DNA from: the human T2T-CHM13v2.0 reference genome, Homo sapiens
Length of the DNA: 64,000 nt
Strand: one strand, 5' to 3'
Assembly: GCF_009914755.1 (NCBI RefSeq)
Contig: NC_060941.1
A model generated the notes under the pieces. The model saw only the letters and a program-made list of their open reading frames with translations, did no database searches and was not told the origin of the DNA. Position 1 is the first letter of the stretch. Each line of letters starts with the position of its first letter. Below, piece after piece: positions 1 through 22,671 of this stretch. Position numbers and translations under genes: made by a program.

Positions 1-275
1 TTCAAACCAAAAGCCCCCTAACTGGTATACAGCTTTCAAAAGCGAGGCACTGCAGCACACGCCTATGGCCTCAGCTACTAGGGGAGCTGACGGGCGGGGG
101 ACTGCTTGAGTCCGGATGTTCAAGACCAGCTTGAGCAACACAGCGAGACCTCATCTCAAATATATTAATTTAAAAAATAGTAAGTTAATTTTTTAAAGTT
201 TTCTTTGCTCTTATCTGTGCAAATAAGGCAAATTTAGATTTTTTTTTCTTTTTGAGATAGAGTCTTGCCCTGTAG

Positions 276-516
<241 letters not shown>

Positions 517-570
517 TGAGCCACCGCGCCCAGCCTATATTCAATTATTTTAAAGCAGAAGACATTTTAC

Positions 571-686
571 CTTGGCTTCCAATTGATTGGCAAAAAAGGG
601 AGGGTTGCACATGCAAAAGTCATAGATTATCTCAGATTCTTCTTTAAGAGCATCCATCAGGAGTGTCTTCTGTGGCACTTTCACCA
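571..686 (-). CDS. METTL16: METTL16 exon 5 (116 nt): VVKVPQKTLLMDALKEESEIIYDFCMCNPPFFANQLEAK, containing the catalytic NPPF motif
   Basis: Manual translation of the minus strand. Acceptor ...ttttttctcctag at 687-688 and donor AAG|gtaaaa at 570-569. Phase is compatible with exon 4. Confidence 0.97.
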
Positions 687-742
687 CTAGGAGAAAAAAC
701 AGGACTGTGAACTAATATTAATGTTGCAGTGGTTCTAAAGTA

Positions 743-1063
743 TAACCGCGCACTGCGTAATGATTCTTTGGTCAACTGCATATATGATGGTGGTCCCGTA
801 AGATTATAACACCACATTTTTACTGTACCTTTTCTATGTTTGATATGCTTAGATAGACAAATACCATTGTGCTAAAATGGCCTTCAGTATTCAATACAGT
901 GACATACTGTTCAGGTTATAGCCTAGGAGCCACAGGCTATTACACATAGGCCCAGGTGTGTAGTAGGCTACACCATTCAGGTGTGTGTGAGCACACACTA
1001 CGATGAATCACCTAACAATGCATTTCTCAGAATATATCCCTGCTGTTAAGTAAGGTGTGACTG
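743..1063 (+). mobile_element. Tigger3a-like (TcMar-Tigger) non-autonomous DNA transposon
   Basis: Recognisable GGTGGTCCC.TAAGATTATAA, GTGTAGTAGGCTA.ACCAT and terminal GTGACTG-TA segments. Confidence 0.75.
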
Positions 1064-1065
1064 TA

Positions 1066-2120
<1,055 letters not shown>

Positions 2121-2719
2121 GAAATAAAACAAATGCACTAATAATATTAATGTCTCCCCTTACAAAGATATGTTCAATACTATGAAGAAAAGTCTTATTT
2201 CTTTCATAAAGAGACATAAAATCTCTTTAACGGAAAAAAAATTAACACTGCTTTATACACAGAATGGTCACAAAAATAAAAAGTAACTAATCACAAGGGG
2301 ATTTGACTATTTCTAGCACAGTTCTATGTACTGAAATTATTATTTGTTTTTGAGACACAGTCTCATTCTGTAGAACAGGATAGAGTGCAGCGGCGAGATC
2401 TCCACTCAACTGCAACCTCTGCCTCCTGGGTTCAAGCGATTCTCCTGCCTCAGCCTCCCAAGTAGCTGGGATTACAGATGCCCATCACCACGCCTGGCTA
2501 ATTTTTGTATTTTTAGTAGAGATGGAGTTGCACCATGTTGGTCAGGCTGGTCTCAAACTCCTCACCTCAGACAATCTGCTTCGGCCTCCCAAAGAGCTGG
2601 GATTACAGGTGTGAGCCACCGCACCCGGCCTATGTACTGAAATTAAAAAGATGGTATAGTTTAATCAACAGTAGGGTTTCCTTCCTTTTAAAATCTTGGT
2701 GACTAAGTTACTTCATATA

Positions 2720-6158
<3,439 letters not shown>

Positions 6159-6333
6159 TAGTTACTATTTTCTGAGTTAATTCTGGTATCAAGACAGCAA
6201 ACCCAATTACAAAGTGCCAGATTTTTTTAAATTACCGAAGTCTGTGTATTAAAGAAAAAGGTAATGAAATGCGTTAAACTAAAAAGGCAGGTGAAGACAC
6301 AAAGTTTGGAGGCATTCATTCTGTGGCGCTAAC

Positions 6334-6839
<506 letters not shown>

Positions 6840-7619
6840 TAGATCCAACTTCCTAAAGGATCGAAACCTTGCTGGCCTCCTCTTTCGTGTGTTGTATAAA
6901 AAATGAAGAACACACAAGCAGAGGTCGAGGAATACATGACTAATTCACCTAAAATGCTCAAAACTCAGCTGATTTACTTTGTAAAGAGTCTTCATTTTAA
7001 ATCTCATACAAAACTCAATTTTCTTAAAAGAAAACAATGCTATTTATTAAAATGCCTTTGTAATATCTTAAAATGGATCAATGTACATTCCATTCTCCAA
7101 AAGCAGGAAAAAATATGTAGGGTATAAAATGTTTATTATATTAAACTGCTGAATTACCCAAATGTCTGTAAGTTGTCAGCTGAAAGAAACAAAAAGAAAA
7201 AAAAAAAAAAAAAAAAAGCTAAACTAAAGAGATAACTCATCTCTCAGATGAGAAGACATGCGAAAATATTTGGTTTGGAGCCACGACATCAGAGTCACTG
7301 GCTAGCCCCACCACAGTTTCAAGGGAAGCACTCAAGAGGCAAACGCTCCATGCAAAAAAAAACACTCTTTGACCACTAGGGTTTGGTACTAAATTATGTA
7401 GAACCGCTAGCCCTGGACTGGACTATATACTAACCAAGAATATTGTTTTTACAGGCCGGGCGTGGTGGCTCACACCTGTAGTCCCAGCACTTTGGGAGGC
7501 CGAGGCAGGCGGACCACCTGAGGTCAGGAGTTCGAGGCCTGCCTGGCCAACATGGTGAAACCCCATCTCTACTAAAAGTACAAAAATTAGCTGGGCATGA
7601 TGGTGGGTACCTCCAGCTA

Positions 7620-7764
<145 letters not shown>

Positions 7765-9467
7765 TTAGATCCTAAAGAGTATTATCAAGAGAAGAGTGTT
7801 TCTCCCAAAAGCCTAAAGCAGTCAGCCTCTACCAGCCACTCTAGGCCTGCTCTCATCTGACCATATCCCAATTCTGGTCTAGCCTTGTAAGGATTTGCCA
7901 GGAAGAAGCAGAGGCTAGATACTCTTAACCCAGAGGAAATCCAGACTCGTCATACTGCTTCCTCATTACGCATCCTGAACAGGCTAGTAAAAGATGATGG
8001 CCGCAACATTTAAGCTCTCCGACGGTCACGGTGAACGCTGCATTGCCTACCATTTTTGCCCGAGGGTATCCTGGCCCCAGTGCTACTGGACAAGCACGTC
8101 CTTGGATACCTGCGGGGCAGTGAGGGAAGGCGTGGTAAAGGGTATTCGAGGTCCTGTCAGAAACCACAGTTCTTTGGCTGCTGCTAGCCGTTCTAGTAAG
8201 CCAAACACACACACAGTAAGAACATGTCAGTTGTACTTTCGACTCTGTAGGAAAAAAATCCAGACCAGATCCTTGACTTTTATACAACTGCCTCTCTCTT
8301 CAAACTTCAATTTCATTTAAAAGATAAAAAAGTACACTTACCTCCAGGGTAATAAATACACATAAAAGATTTGTCAGCGCCAAAAAAAGTTTCTTAATTC
8401 TTAAGACCCAAAGACTTGCACTCTAATAGAACGCAACAGATTCTCTACTAGTCCTTTACAGGACAGAATGAAATCCCCTCAGAAAGCCAAATGACATTTT
8501 TAAATGGGTAATAATCTTTGTAATGACAAATAAAAATGGAAAGTACATAATGGTAGAATTAGAGCAAACTGATGGAGTCTGGGGGAAGAATTTATATAAA
8601 ACCCTAATTAGAATGGATGTGATTGCAGTTAGGTAGTGCCCCTTGTGAAGAATTGAAATCCATTAACCTCCTCTATCCCCAAGTGCTATTTTAGAGGGTT
8701 TGGGGCATAATTAAAATCAAATTAGTACCAACTAGGCTGTCAAGCTTTTTAAGCAAACTAGCTGAGAAGCAGAAGAGGTGAGAAATGCAGAAAGGTGAGA
8801 GACGATGACTTGGCTAGGATGGCAGTGGAGATGGAGAGAAGTAGATGATTTCAGAAGTATTTAAGAGACAAAGTCAACAGGAAACAGTGATAGATATTTT
8901 TTCACTGCATGTGGAGAAGCAAGTATCAAGGACCACAGGGTGGACTATGGTAGACTCACTGAAACAAGAAACAAAGAGAACCAGGATTAGGGAAACAGAG
9001 TGTGGGTTTGGTCTTGGACATAGCAAGTCTGAGATGTTTTTCAGAAATCCAAGTTTCTCATATATATGAGATTGGAGGTCAAGGAAAGTAATCTGAGTTG
9101 GAGGAACATATAAATATGTGATTTATTTGCATGGAGTTGGGAAATCGTCATAGAAGTGAATGCAATTACCAGGGTAGGGTGCTGAGTGAGAAAGGAGCTA
9201 AAGGCTGAGCCTTATGCAAGGAATACCAGTATCTAGTGGTCAGCTACAGGAAGGTATGCCTGAAAAGTGGAGAACAGTGCAAAGAAATGAAAGAGGAAAC
9301 CAGCAGTCTGGTGTCATGGAAGCCAATGAAGGAGAGTGAACAAAAGAGAAAGGAGGGATCAATAAATGCCGCTGAAAAGATCATGTAGGATGAGGGCTGA
9401 AAATGCATGCAAATATCAAAGTTAAACATTTACTGCTATCTAGAAATTAGGACTGCTATTAGTTCTA

Positions 9468-9764
<297 letters not shown>

Positions 9765-10153
9765 TCAAAAAAAAAAAAAAATCAGAATACGAACACATCA
9801 AATAATCCAGAGTAAAAATAAAGCCCAACAGACACAGACATCAAAGTGGTAATCTGAAAAGCTAAATAGGGCCAGGCGTAGTGGCTCATGCCTGTAATCC
9901 CAGCACTTTGGGAAGCCAAGGCAGGTGGACTGCTTGAGCCCAGGAGTCAAGACCAACCTGGGCAACACGAGACCCCATCTCAAAATAAAAAAATTTTTAA
10001 ATTAAAAAAATAAAATGAAAAGCTATATAAATAAGAGCCTCATTTTCATTTTGTACTTCCCTTAACCTCTTGCTCCCTGTTTGGACTGACAATCCCTTCT
10101 CAAGAGAAATCAGTGGGAGAAAAGGCCAGGTGTAGTAAAAAAGAACGGTAATG

Positions 10154-10376
10154 CAGGCTGAGGATCCCTAATCCAAAATGCTTGGGATGAGAAGTGTTTT
10201 GGATTTCAATTTTTTTTTCAGATTTTGAAATATGTGCACTATATTTACAGGCTGAACATCCCTAACCCCCAAATCTGGAACGCTCCAACGCACATTGCCT
10301 TTGAGCAACACATCAGTGCTCAAAGGTTGCAGATTTTGAAGCATTTCGGATTTTCGGATTAAGGATGCTCAACCTG
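10154..10376 (+). mobile_element. Tigger4a/MER46-like MITE
   Basis: TIRs CAGGCTGAGGATCC ... GGATGCTCAACCTG, followed by TA. Confidence 0.8.
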
Positions 10377-10495
10377 TATCTGTAGCCAGCTTCTTTTGTA
10401 CAACAACAAATACCCAGTAGAAAAGTTTACAAAGAATTTGATCTCGCAAAACTTATGAAAACTGTTTAGCCAAAAAAGAATTTAAAATGATATAC

Positions 10496-10695
10496 CTATG
10501 TCAATTCCTCTTCGGAGAGTACTTTTGTCAGAATCCTGGTGACCGATCAGATCTTCTACCCAGTGAATATAGTTGAGTCTCAAGGGAACTGTGGGAATTA
10601 GTCTCTCCAATGGAATATCAATAGAAAGTCCAAAATCTTCCCTTAGGAGAGTACACGTCAGAGCTCTGACTGCTTCGGGGTCTTTAAAATTAAGG
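10496..10695 (-). CDS. METTL16: METTL16 exon 3 (200 nt): SLNFKDPEAVRALTCTLLREDFGLSIDIPLERLIPTVPLRLNYIHWVEDLIGHQDSDKSTLRRGIDI
   Basis: Acceptor ...ttctttattcctcag at 10697-10696 and donor TAG|gtatat at 10495-10494. The frame is open and in phase with exons 2 and 4. Confidence 0.97.
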
Positions 10696-11941
10696 CTGAG
10701 GAATAAAGAAAAGGAAGTAAAACTGATTAGTAAGATTCACTATGTTGTACAAGCTCTACGGCAAACAGGCAGAACCAAATACCCATCCGAACCTCCCAGG
10801 GAGATCACACACAGTTACACAGAGCACTCATCCCAGTGGCACATACACGAGTGTTTCACACAGTCACAGCTTATGAAAATCAGTACAATCCTCCACCAAA
10901 AACACTGCATATCCGTATATGGAGCACAGAGATTAAATGACTCGGCTCAAATTCCTGTCTCGTCGTCTCCTCACTGTGTGACTTTGAACAAGTCATTTAC
11001 CTCTATGAAAGTGTTTCCTCTGCTGTGAAATGAGGACAGTAATACCAATATCACAATGCTACTGTGAGATGACCTGAGAAGTACTTAGCATAATGTCTGG
11101 TGCATAATAACTATTTTACAAATGCTAGCTGTTTTTACTCTTACCATTAACATCATCTGACATTAGCATTCCTTGAAAATCCTACTTAAAAGTGGAAAGA
11201 AGTCAGTATAAAAATGTTTAATATGAACACAGGATAAGATACTTAAATATGACAAATATTACAGACATCAAATTTTAAATGTAACTTTTTAAAGCTTTAT
11301 GAAGTATAATTCACATACTATAAAATTCACCTGTAAGTGTACAATTGAATAGTTTCTAGTATATTAACAGAGTCGTGCAACCATCACCAAAACCCACTTT
11401 TAGAACACTCCTATCACCCCAAAAAGCAGAACTCATGACCATTTGCATGTCTTTCCTCATTTCCAACGTTAGCCTGAGGCAACCATTGATGTACTTTCTG
11501 TCTTCATAGATTTGCCTTTTCTGGACACTTCAAGTAACTGAAATCATAATGAGGTCTTCTGGTCACTTAACACAAGTTTGTGAGGTTCATCCATTTTGTA
11601 ACTTGTCAGTGTTTCACTTCTTTTTATGGGCGAATAATGTTCCATAGTAAGAATGACTACATTTTGTTTATCCATTCACCAGTTCCTGAACATCTGGGTT
11701 GTTTCCATCACGGTCATGATGGATTGTTGACCATCACGAACAATGCTGCTATGAACATTTACATACAAGTCTTTGTGTGGACATACGTTTTCGCTGCTCT
11801 TGGGTAGACAGTCAGGAATGGATCATAAGATATATTTGTATTTAACCTTTTAAGAAACTTGTACCAATATAACTATGTTGATGTCAAAATACTGCTAAAC
11901 TGAAAATATTAAAAAAGAATATCAACAGACCTTATTTATAA

Positions 11942-12292
<351 letters not shown>

Positions 12293-12686
12293 TGAAGAAA
12301 GCAGAAAGTCAGTAGATGGGGTATGAAAGGGAGGAGTTTTGAAACTACTTAGAATTCTGGCCTCAAGGTGTCTGGTCAGGCAACAACACATCCTCAAACA
12401 GCTTCTGGTCTGTACTATCTCCTTTTCTGCTCCCCTGCCTGGTCATCAAATGACCAATCATTGGAAAAATTCAATGTCCATCGGGATGCTTGAGTGCCAA
12501 GACAGAAGGAAGAGTGCTGTTTCCACCCAGCAACCATGGAAACTTCAGGCAGGTACCATCAACCCAATCTCTCTCCACTCCCCACAGCAAAAATGTTCTA
12601 GTATGGAAGTTAGGAGATCTGGACTCCACTTTTGGCTCTGCAATCAATTTGCCATGGACGTAAGTCACTTCAGTTCTTAGGTCTCA

Positions 12687-13219
<533 letters not shown>

Positions 13220-13681
13220 TTAATATAATCTACAGCAGACAGAAACAGGATGACTATAGTGGACCCTGAAGAGACACAGCCAGAGCCTGGAAGCAATGAC
13301 GCTCCCATCGCTACGAGCATACCTAGAGTGCCAGACCTTGGTTTCCAAATAGCACTCCCCAAAGGAATCGGAGTTCCTTGGATAAATGGTTATTCCAGAA
13401 TTGGAAAGGGAAGTACAAGATAAACCCGAAGCATTTTATTGTATTAGAAAACAGGACATGCTGAAAGGAAGATAGAAACAAATCAGAAGTACACTAGACC
13501 CTGCTTGATGGGGCTCCCTTTGGCCAAATCTGTGTCAATGTGAATGAAGAAGGCTAACAAAGGATTATAGACCATAGAATAAAATACATGAGTCCATCCT
13601 TAAATGTAGAAGTAATGAAAGAGTTAGATAATTACATTTGGCAATCGCCATGCTAATAATTGTTTCAATTAAGAATTATCA

Positions 13682-13855
<174 letters not shown>

Positions 13856-14994
13856 TTACAAAAATTAGCCAAGCATAGTGGCACATGCACCTTTAGTCCC
13901 AGCTACTCAGGAGGCTGAGCTTGCAGAATTGCTTGGACCTGGAAGGGGCAGAGGTTGCAGTGAGCCTAGATGAAGCCACCGCACTCCCGTACGGATGACA
14001 GAGTGAGACCATGTTTCAGAAAAAAAAGAAACAATGACAAAAAAAAAAAAAACCCAGGATATTTACACAGTCACAACGTACTTCCCCACAAATTATCAAC
14101 TACCTTGATAATGATATCAATTATCAGATTATGAAAGGATAAAATAACAGTAAAATGAAGAAATCTGACAGATACCCCCTTAACGAAGTGACCAAAGTTA
14201 ATACCCCTAATTATGAAACAAACTGGTATTATATGCTTCAACGATACAGAGAAGAAGAGAAAGGGATACAGCAAGCAAGACCCAAAAAAGCAGGCACAAT
14301 TAAACAAAATTCAGGAAGGAGAGAGTGGCCATGGTTGTACACGTGTCAATATACTAAAAACCACCAAGTTATGAGAGTGAATTTTATAGTATATGAACTA
14401 TATCTCAATAAACAAATGAAATGGAAAGGAGCAAGAAGTTTTAAAAAGTAAAGAAAAAGTAGTAAACATAAGAGAGGTTAATAATGAAGACCCCCTTGCA
14501 GATAACTGGGGATTCTGAATAAGAGAACCAAAGGATTAGAATAAAGAAATATTCAAAGACATGATTCAAGGTAACTTTCCAGAAATAGAAGGCTCACTAT
14601 GTTCCCAGGAAAAGATACAGAATTAGAAATACCAACACCTAAAAAAATTACCAGACTTTAAGGCTTACAAGAAAAAAAAAATCCTTTAGATATCTAGGCA
14701 AGTAAGCTAAACAATTGATTTTGGGGTTAGGGACGCAGTAGGGTACATGAGGCTGCTTTTAGATGTCCACACAGCACCATTCAATAGTAAAAGACAAAAG
14801 AACAGTGACTACAAAGCCCTTAGAGGAAAAAAAGTGTGACACAATTTTATGCTCAGCCAAACTTACTTTGATTATAATGACAACAGATAAACATTTTGAG
14901 TATACAGGAACTCAAGGAGTAGAGTTTTCACGAGCTCTTTGTGAAGAAATTCCTAATGGAAAAAGTTAATCAATTGAGATAAATTAAGGAACTA

Positions 14995-15178
14995 CAGTAA
15001 GTCTTCACTTAACATTGACAATAGGTTCTTTGACTTTAAGCGAAACCATACGTAACAAAATCAATTTTTTTCTCATCACTTATAAGGAAATGACGTTATT
15101 AGAGGACCTGCTATACATCATTTCATTCATGTCGCAGTTTCCAAGAATCTACTGGCAACACTAACTGAGGACTTACTG
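14995..15178 (+). mobile_element. MER6-like TcMar-Tigger MITE
   Basis: TIRs CAGTAAGTCTTCA ... TGAGGACTTACTG flanked by TA target duplications. The subfamily name is from memory. Confidence 0.7.
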
Positions 15179-17796
15179 TATAGCAAAACAACTGGCACTG
15201 AGCAGTTAAGCCATTTTAACCAGAGAGCTAAGATGAAAACACCTGTGAACCGTGGCTACATAATAAAATGTAAGTGTTTACAAACCACGACAACATACAC
15301 ATAATCAAAATTCGGGACAGGAAACAGGAAATGGAGAGGGAGTGCCTCAGCTTTTATACACAGGGTCAAAAGACTTCATTTAAGGCTGATAAACTAAGTA
15401 GCAGAGATAGAAGCACACATTTAGGAAGATAAACTGGCTGGGCCCAATGGCTCACACCTGTAATCTCAGCACTTTGGGAGGCCGAGGTGGGCGGACTGCT
15501 TGAGCTCAGGAGCTTGAGACCAGCCTGGGCAACATGGCGAAAGCCCGTCTCTACAAATAGTACAAAAATTAGCTGGATGTGGAGTATGGTGGTTGTGTGA
15601 GCCTGCGGTCCCCGCTACGCAGGAGGCAGGAGGATCACTTGAGCCCAGGAGATCAAGGCTGCAGTGAGCCAAGATCCCATCACTGCACTCCAGCCTGGGT
15701 GACAGAGTGGGACCCTGTCTCAAAAATAATAATAATAATAATATTAACACTAGAAGAATGAAGATAAATAATATAATCAAATAAAATCAGGGGCAGTAAA
15801 GGAAAGGTAGGTGAAAATCAGATCATATAGTGTTAAAAAAAAAAAGCAGCAAGAACAAAGCATGATATAAAATGAATGTGAAATGAATGTAAATAGTAAA
15901 CTCATAATACTCTCAGATTAGATTACAAACGACAAAACCAACTAATTACAATAAACTGTTTTAAACAAAAACTACGGCTAAAACAAAATGATCCAAAGGT
16001 TGAAAATAAAAGCTTAACCAAAAGTATCCCAGACAACTACAAATAAAAATGAAAATAGGAGTTATTTCACAACAGACAACCTTAATTTTTGGATCAAAAG
16101 GATTAAATGAGCAACTATGTAGAATGGGTTAAAAATATAAAATGCTGATGGAGGTCAAGAGAATAATAACTTTAAAAAGTGACTGACTCCATTTCTGTGG
16201 GTGTTGGTTTTAAAGAACAGCTTCTATAGGACAGTGGAAGCAGAAGTTTATTGCATAAATATATGCTAGCAATTAAAAGTCTCATTAAAATACATTAAGT
16301 CTATTTAAAGGGGTATTAAGTTTATTCTTAGACATCAGAATTGGATATGTATTAATTTTGTCATTTATGGGGGCTAATAAAAGAGGGTTAATCCAGGGGC
16401 AACAACCACGAACACATTTCTGCTTTACTCAATAGCACGCAATGGCCTCAATCAATTTTCACATAAAAAAAAGATTTGCACTATCTTTGTATTTCTTACT
16501 CGACTAAAAGCAGTATAAACTCAGGATCAACAAGATAAATGATGAGCAATAAAAAGGTATAAAATCTATAAGCACTTCAGTTTTACTTCTAACGAGAATA
16601 TTTTATTCCTGTGAAATCAGTCAAGTGTGTGAGAAAAATGGGCCAATTCCATTTCCTTCAATGACATAGGAATGAAAGTCAAGTTTTACATATGACGAAG
16701 AAGTTCACATCTAAGTACCATGCTAAGGCATTCAAACACATTCGTGTCTTTAACTCGAGAATGGTAGCCTGACCTATTAACTAAATTTCACTGCTAAACA
16801 CACAAAAGGAAAAATATCCCATGTCTATGTTCAAAGGCTTAATATCTCAAACGTAAAATTTCATGGTAAAAGGAATTTGAGGAGAAAAAAGTTTTCAGAA
16901 AAATCTCTATTAAAGAAACTTAGTAACTTACTTATAAAATAAGCTTGATAAAGAGTATTATCTAAGGGCAGTAAATAGTAACAAAAGTATTGCTATTTTG
17001 CACTGGCATTTCAAAGTAATTGTGAAAATCAGGGGTTTCAAAATATTTATAAGGAATAGCTATTGGTACTACTCAAAATGCCAGTCCCTGACAAGATAAA
17101 GAGCTTGTGCCAGAATGTAAACAACACATTAAAAAGTCAATTAAACCAAAGAAATGTGAGGTAACCTAAACATACGGCACAAGGTCCTTATCTCTGTGGA
17201 CAGTAACAAATAGTCTGTGGTTAAGCAGCCAGTTCAATAACCACTTTTAGTAGCACTATGCCAGATGCCACAAATGACCATTTCAAAGGTTATGACCACT
17301 ACTCTGTTCTTTTTTTTTTTTTGAGACGAAGTTTCGTTCTTGTCGCCCAGCCTGGAGTTCAATGGCGCAATATCAGCTCACTGCAACCTCCACCTCCCGG
17401 CTTCAGGCGACTCTTCTGCCTCAACCTCCTGAGTAGATAGGACTACAGACATGTACCACCATGCCCGGCTAATTTTGTATTTTTAGTAGAGACGGGGTTT
17501 CGCCATGTTGGCCAGGCTGGTCTTGAACTCCTGACCTCAGGCATACTGCCTGCCTCGGCCTCCCAAAGTGCTGGGATTACAGGTGTGAGCCACCGCGCCT
17601 GGTGACCACCACTCTAAGTAGTTAATGTTGTGTGGATTTGCCAGCCCGGTTTTGCCAGCTCTCTAATACTTTCAAACAAAACCAGTGATCCATGTTTTCA
17701 TATGAAATGGATCTGATTCTTAAGATTAATATGGGCAATAAATAATAACTGCAAGCCTTATACAATTCACAGGCTAATGGGCCGCACCCTCTATTA

Positions 17797-18310
17797 CAGG
17801 AGTCCCCAACCCCTGGGCCATGGACTGATATTGGTCCCTGGCCTGTTAGGACTTGTGCCGCACAGCAGGAGGTGAGAGGCAAGCAAAGCTTCATCTGAAT
17901 TTACAGCCACTTTCCATTGCTCACATTACTGCCTCAGCTCCGCCTCCTGTCAGATCAGCGCAGCATTAGATTCTCACAGGAGCGTGAACCCTCCTGGGAA
18001 CGCCGCATGCGAGGGATCTAGGTTGAGCACTCCTTGAGGATCTAAAGCCTGATGATCTGTCACTGTCTCCCATCACCCCCACATGGGACCGTCTAGCTGA
18101 GGGGAAACAAGCTGCGGGAAAACAAGCTGATTCTACACTATGGTGAGTTGTATAATTATTTCATTACATGAAATAATACAACGTAATAAATGTACAATAA
18201 ATGTAATGCGCTTGAATCATCCCGAAATCACCCCTCCCCCACCACAGGTCCATGAAAAAATTGTCATCCGTGAAACTGGTCCCTGGTGCCAAAAAGGTTG
18301 GAGACCACTG
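17797..18310 (+). mobile_element. MER1A-like hAT-Charlie element
   Basis: Ends CAGGAGTCCCCAACC ... GGTTGGAGACCACTG, with a degenerate 8-bp TSD CTCTATTA/CTCTACTC. Confidence 0.85.
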
Positions 18311-18469
18311 CTCTACTCAATTGTAAACAGTAGAATTGTAAAGAAAGTTGGGGTACTTGGCTACTCTACTTTTAAAAGTGAAATATAAAAATGTTTATTT
18401 TGAGCACTACTTTGTTCAACTGAGGTATACAGAATAGGTCAGAATTTTTAAGAAACTGTGACAGCTGGC

Positions 18470-20530
<2,061 letters not shown>

Positions 20531-22249
20531 TGAGGGCAGAGTGTGGAAGCTCACACCTGTAATCCCAGCACTGTGGGAGGCTGAGGCGGGAGGATTGCTT
20601 GAGCCCAGGAGTTCAAGACCAGCCTGGGCAACAAAAAGAGACCCTGTCTCTACAAAAAAAAATTTTGAATTAGCCAGATGTGGTGGCAGACACCTATAAT
20701 CTTAGCTACTCAGGAGGCTGAGGCAGGAGGATCACTCAGCACAGGAGGTCAAGGCTACAGTGAGCTGTGATCGCATCACTGTATTCCAGCCCAGGCAACA
20801 GAGCAAGACCCAGTCTCAAATAAAATAAAATAAATAAAATAAAATAAAAATCATGCAGTACACCTTAAATATAGACAATTTCAACTCTAAAAAATGAAAA
20901 AAACCTCAAAAGATTTGAAAACAGGACCTCAAAAAGATATCTGCACACCCATATTTACTGCAGCATTAACCCCAACAGCCAAGAGGTGAAAGCAACCTAA
21001 AGGTCCACTGACAGATTAACAGATAAAGCAAATGTGGTATATACACAAAATGGAATACTATTCTGCCTTTAAAAAGAAGGAAATCCCAGCCCGGCGCAGT
21101 GGCTCACGCCTGTAATCCCAACACTTTGGGAGGCTGAGGTGGGCAGATCACCTGAGGTCAGGAGTTTGAGACCAGCCTGGCCAATATGGTGAAACCCCAT
21201 CTCTACTAGAAATACAAAAATTAGCCAGGCTTGGTGGTGGGCGCTTATGATCCCAGCTACTCGGGAGGCTGAGGCAGGAGAATCGCTTCAACCCGGGAGG
21301 CGGATAGGTTGCAGTGAGCAGAGATAGTGCCACTGCACTCCAGCCTGGGCAACAGAGCAAGACTCCGTTCCCCACCCACCAAAAAAACAAATTAAAAAAA
21401 ACAAAAAAAAGGAAATCCTGTCACGTGCTAGAACATGGATAAGTCTTTGAGGATATCAAGCTAAGTGAAATAAGCGAGTCAAAAACAACAAATACTGCAT
21501 GATTCTACTTTAAGGTAAAGGTATCTAAAGTAGTCTAACTCATGAAAAGGTTCTAGAAATCTGCACAACAACAAGCACAGGGTTAACACACTGTACACTT
21601 AAACTGGATTAAGATGGGACATTCTACGTTGCGTTTCTCACAACAATAAAAAAAATTAAGTGGCCTTAAATTATTATTCGCGTACTGTACTGACATCCTT
21701 CCCACTTTTCAACTCTCTGATACAGAAGACTTATTGAAGAAAATGTCCACTTTTTAAACACTCTCATGGGTCAAATAAGCAATTAGATAGTAATATACAA
21801 AAACACAGATCCTGAAACAATGGAAACAACCATTACTGATAACCCTAAGTTAACCAAAGAATCCAAAATCCTACTGGCAAAATAAAAAATTGTACCTCGA
21901 TCAATCAAGCTAAACTTTTCATTCTTTTTTTTTTTATTTTTTTTTATTTTTTGTAGAGAAGGGGTCTCACTATATTGACCAGGCTGATCTTGAACTCCTG
22001 GCCTCAAGCAATAGCTTCCCAAAATGTTGTGATTACAAGCATAAAGCAGCTTGAAGCCAGGGCTTCAGGCTGATCTTTTAAATGCCATTCCTATGCTAAC
22101 TAAAGAGCAACTAACAGAAAAGAAAAATCTAGTCATCCAAACACCTCTTTGCCCTTTCCAGGCATAGTTAAGAATACTGTGATTTCGGACGGGCGCAGTG
22201 GCTCACATCTGTAATCCCAGCACTTTGGTAGGCCGAGGCAGGCAGGTCA

Positions 22250-22671
<422 letters not shown>

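Noticed and set aside
10573-11028. 151-aa plus-strand ORF
   Set aside because: It is the antisense shadow of METTL16 exon 3 running into MIR-like sequence, with a TTG start.
14221-14280. Possible U6 pseudogene
   Set aside because: Identity is confined to 16 nt, with no U6 5' end, poly(A) or TSD. It is kept only as a motif-level finding.
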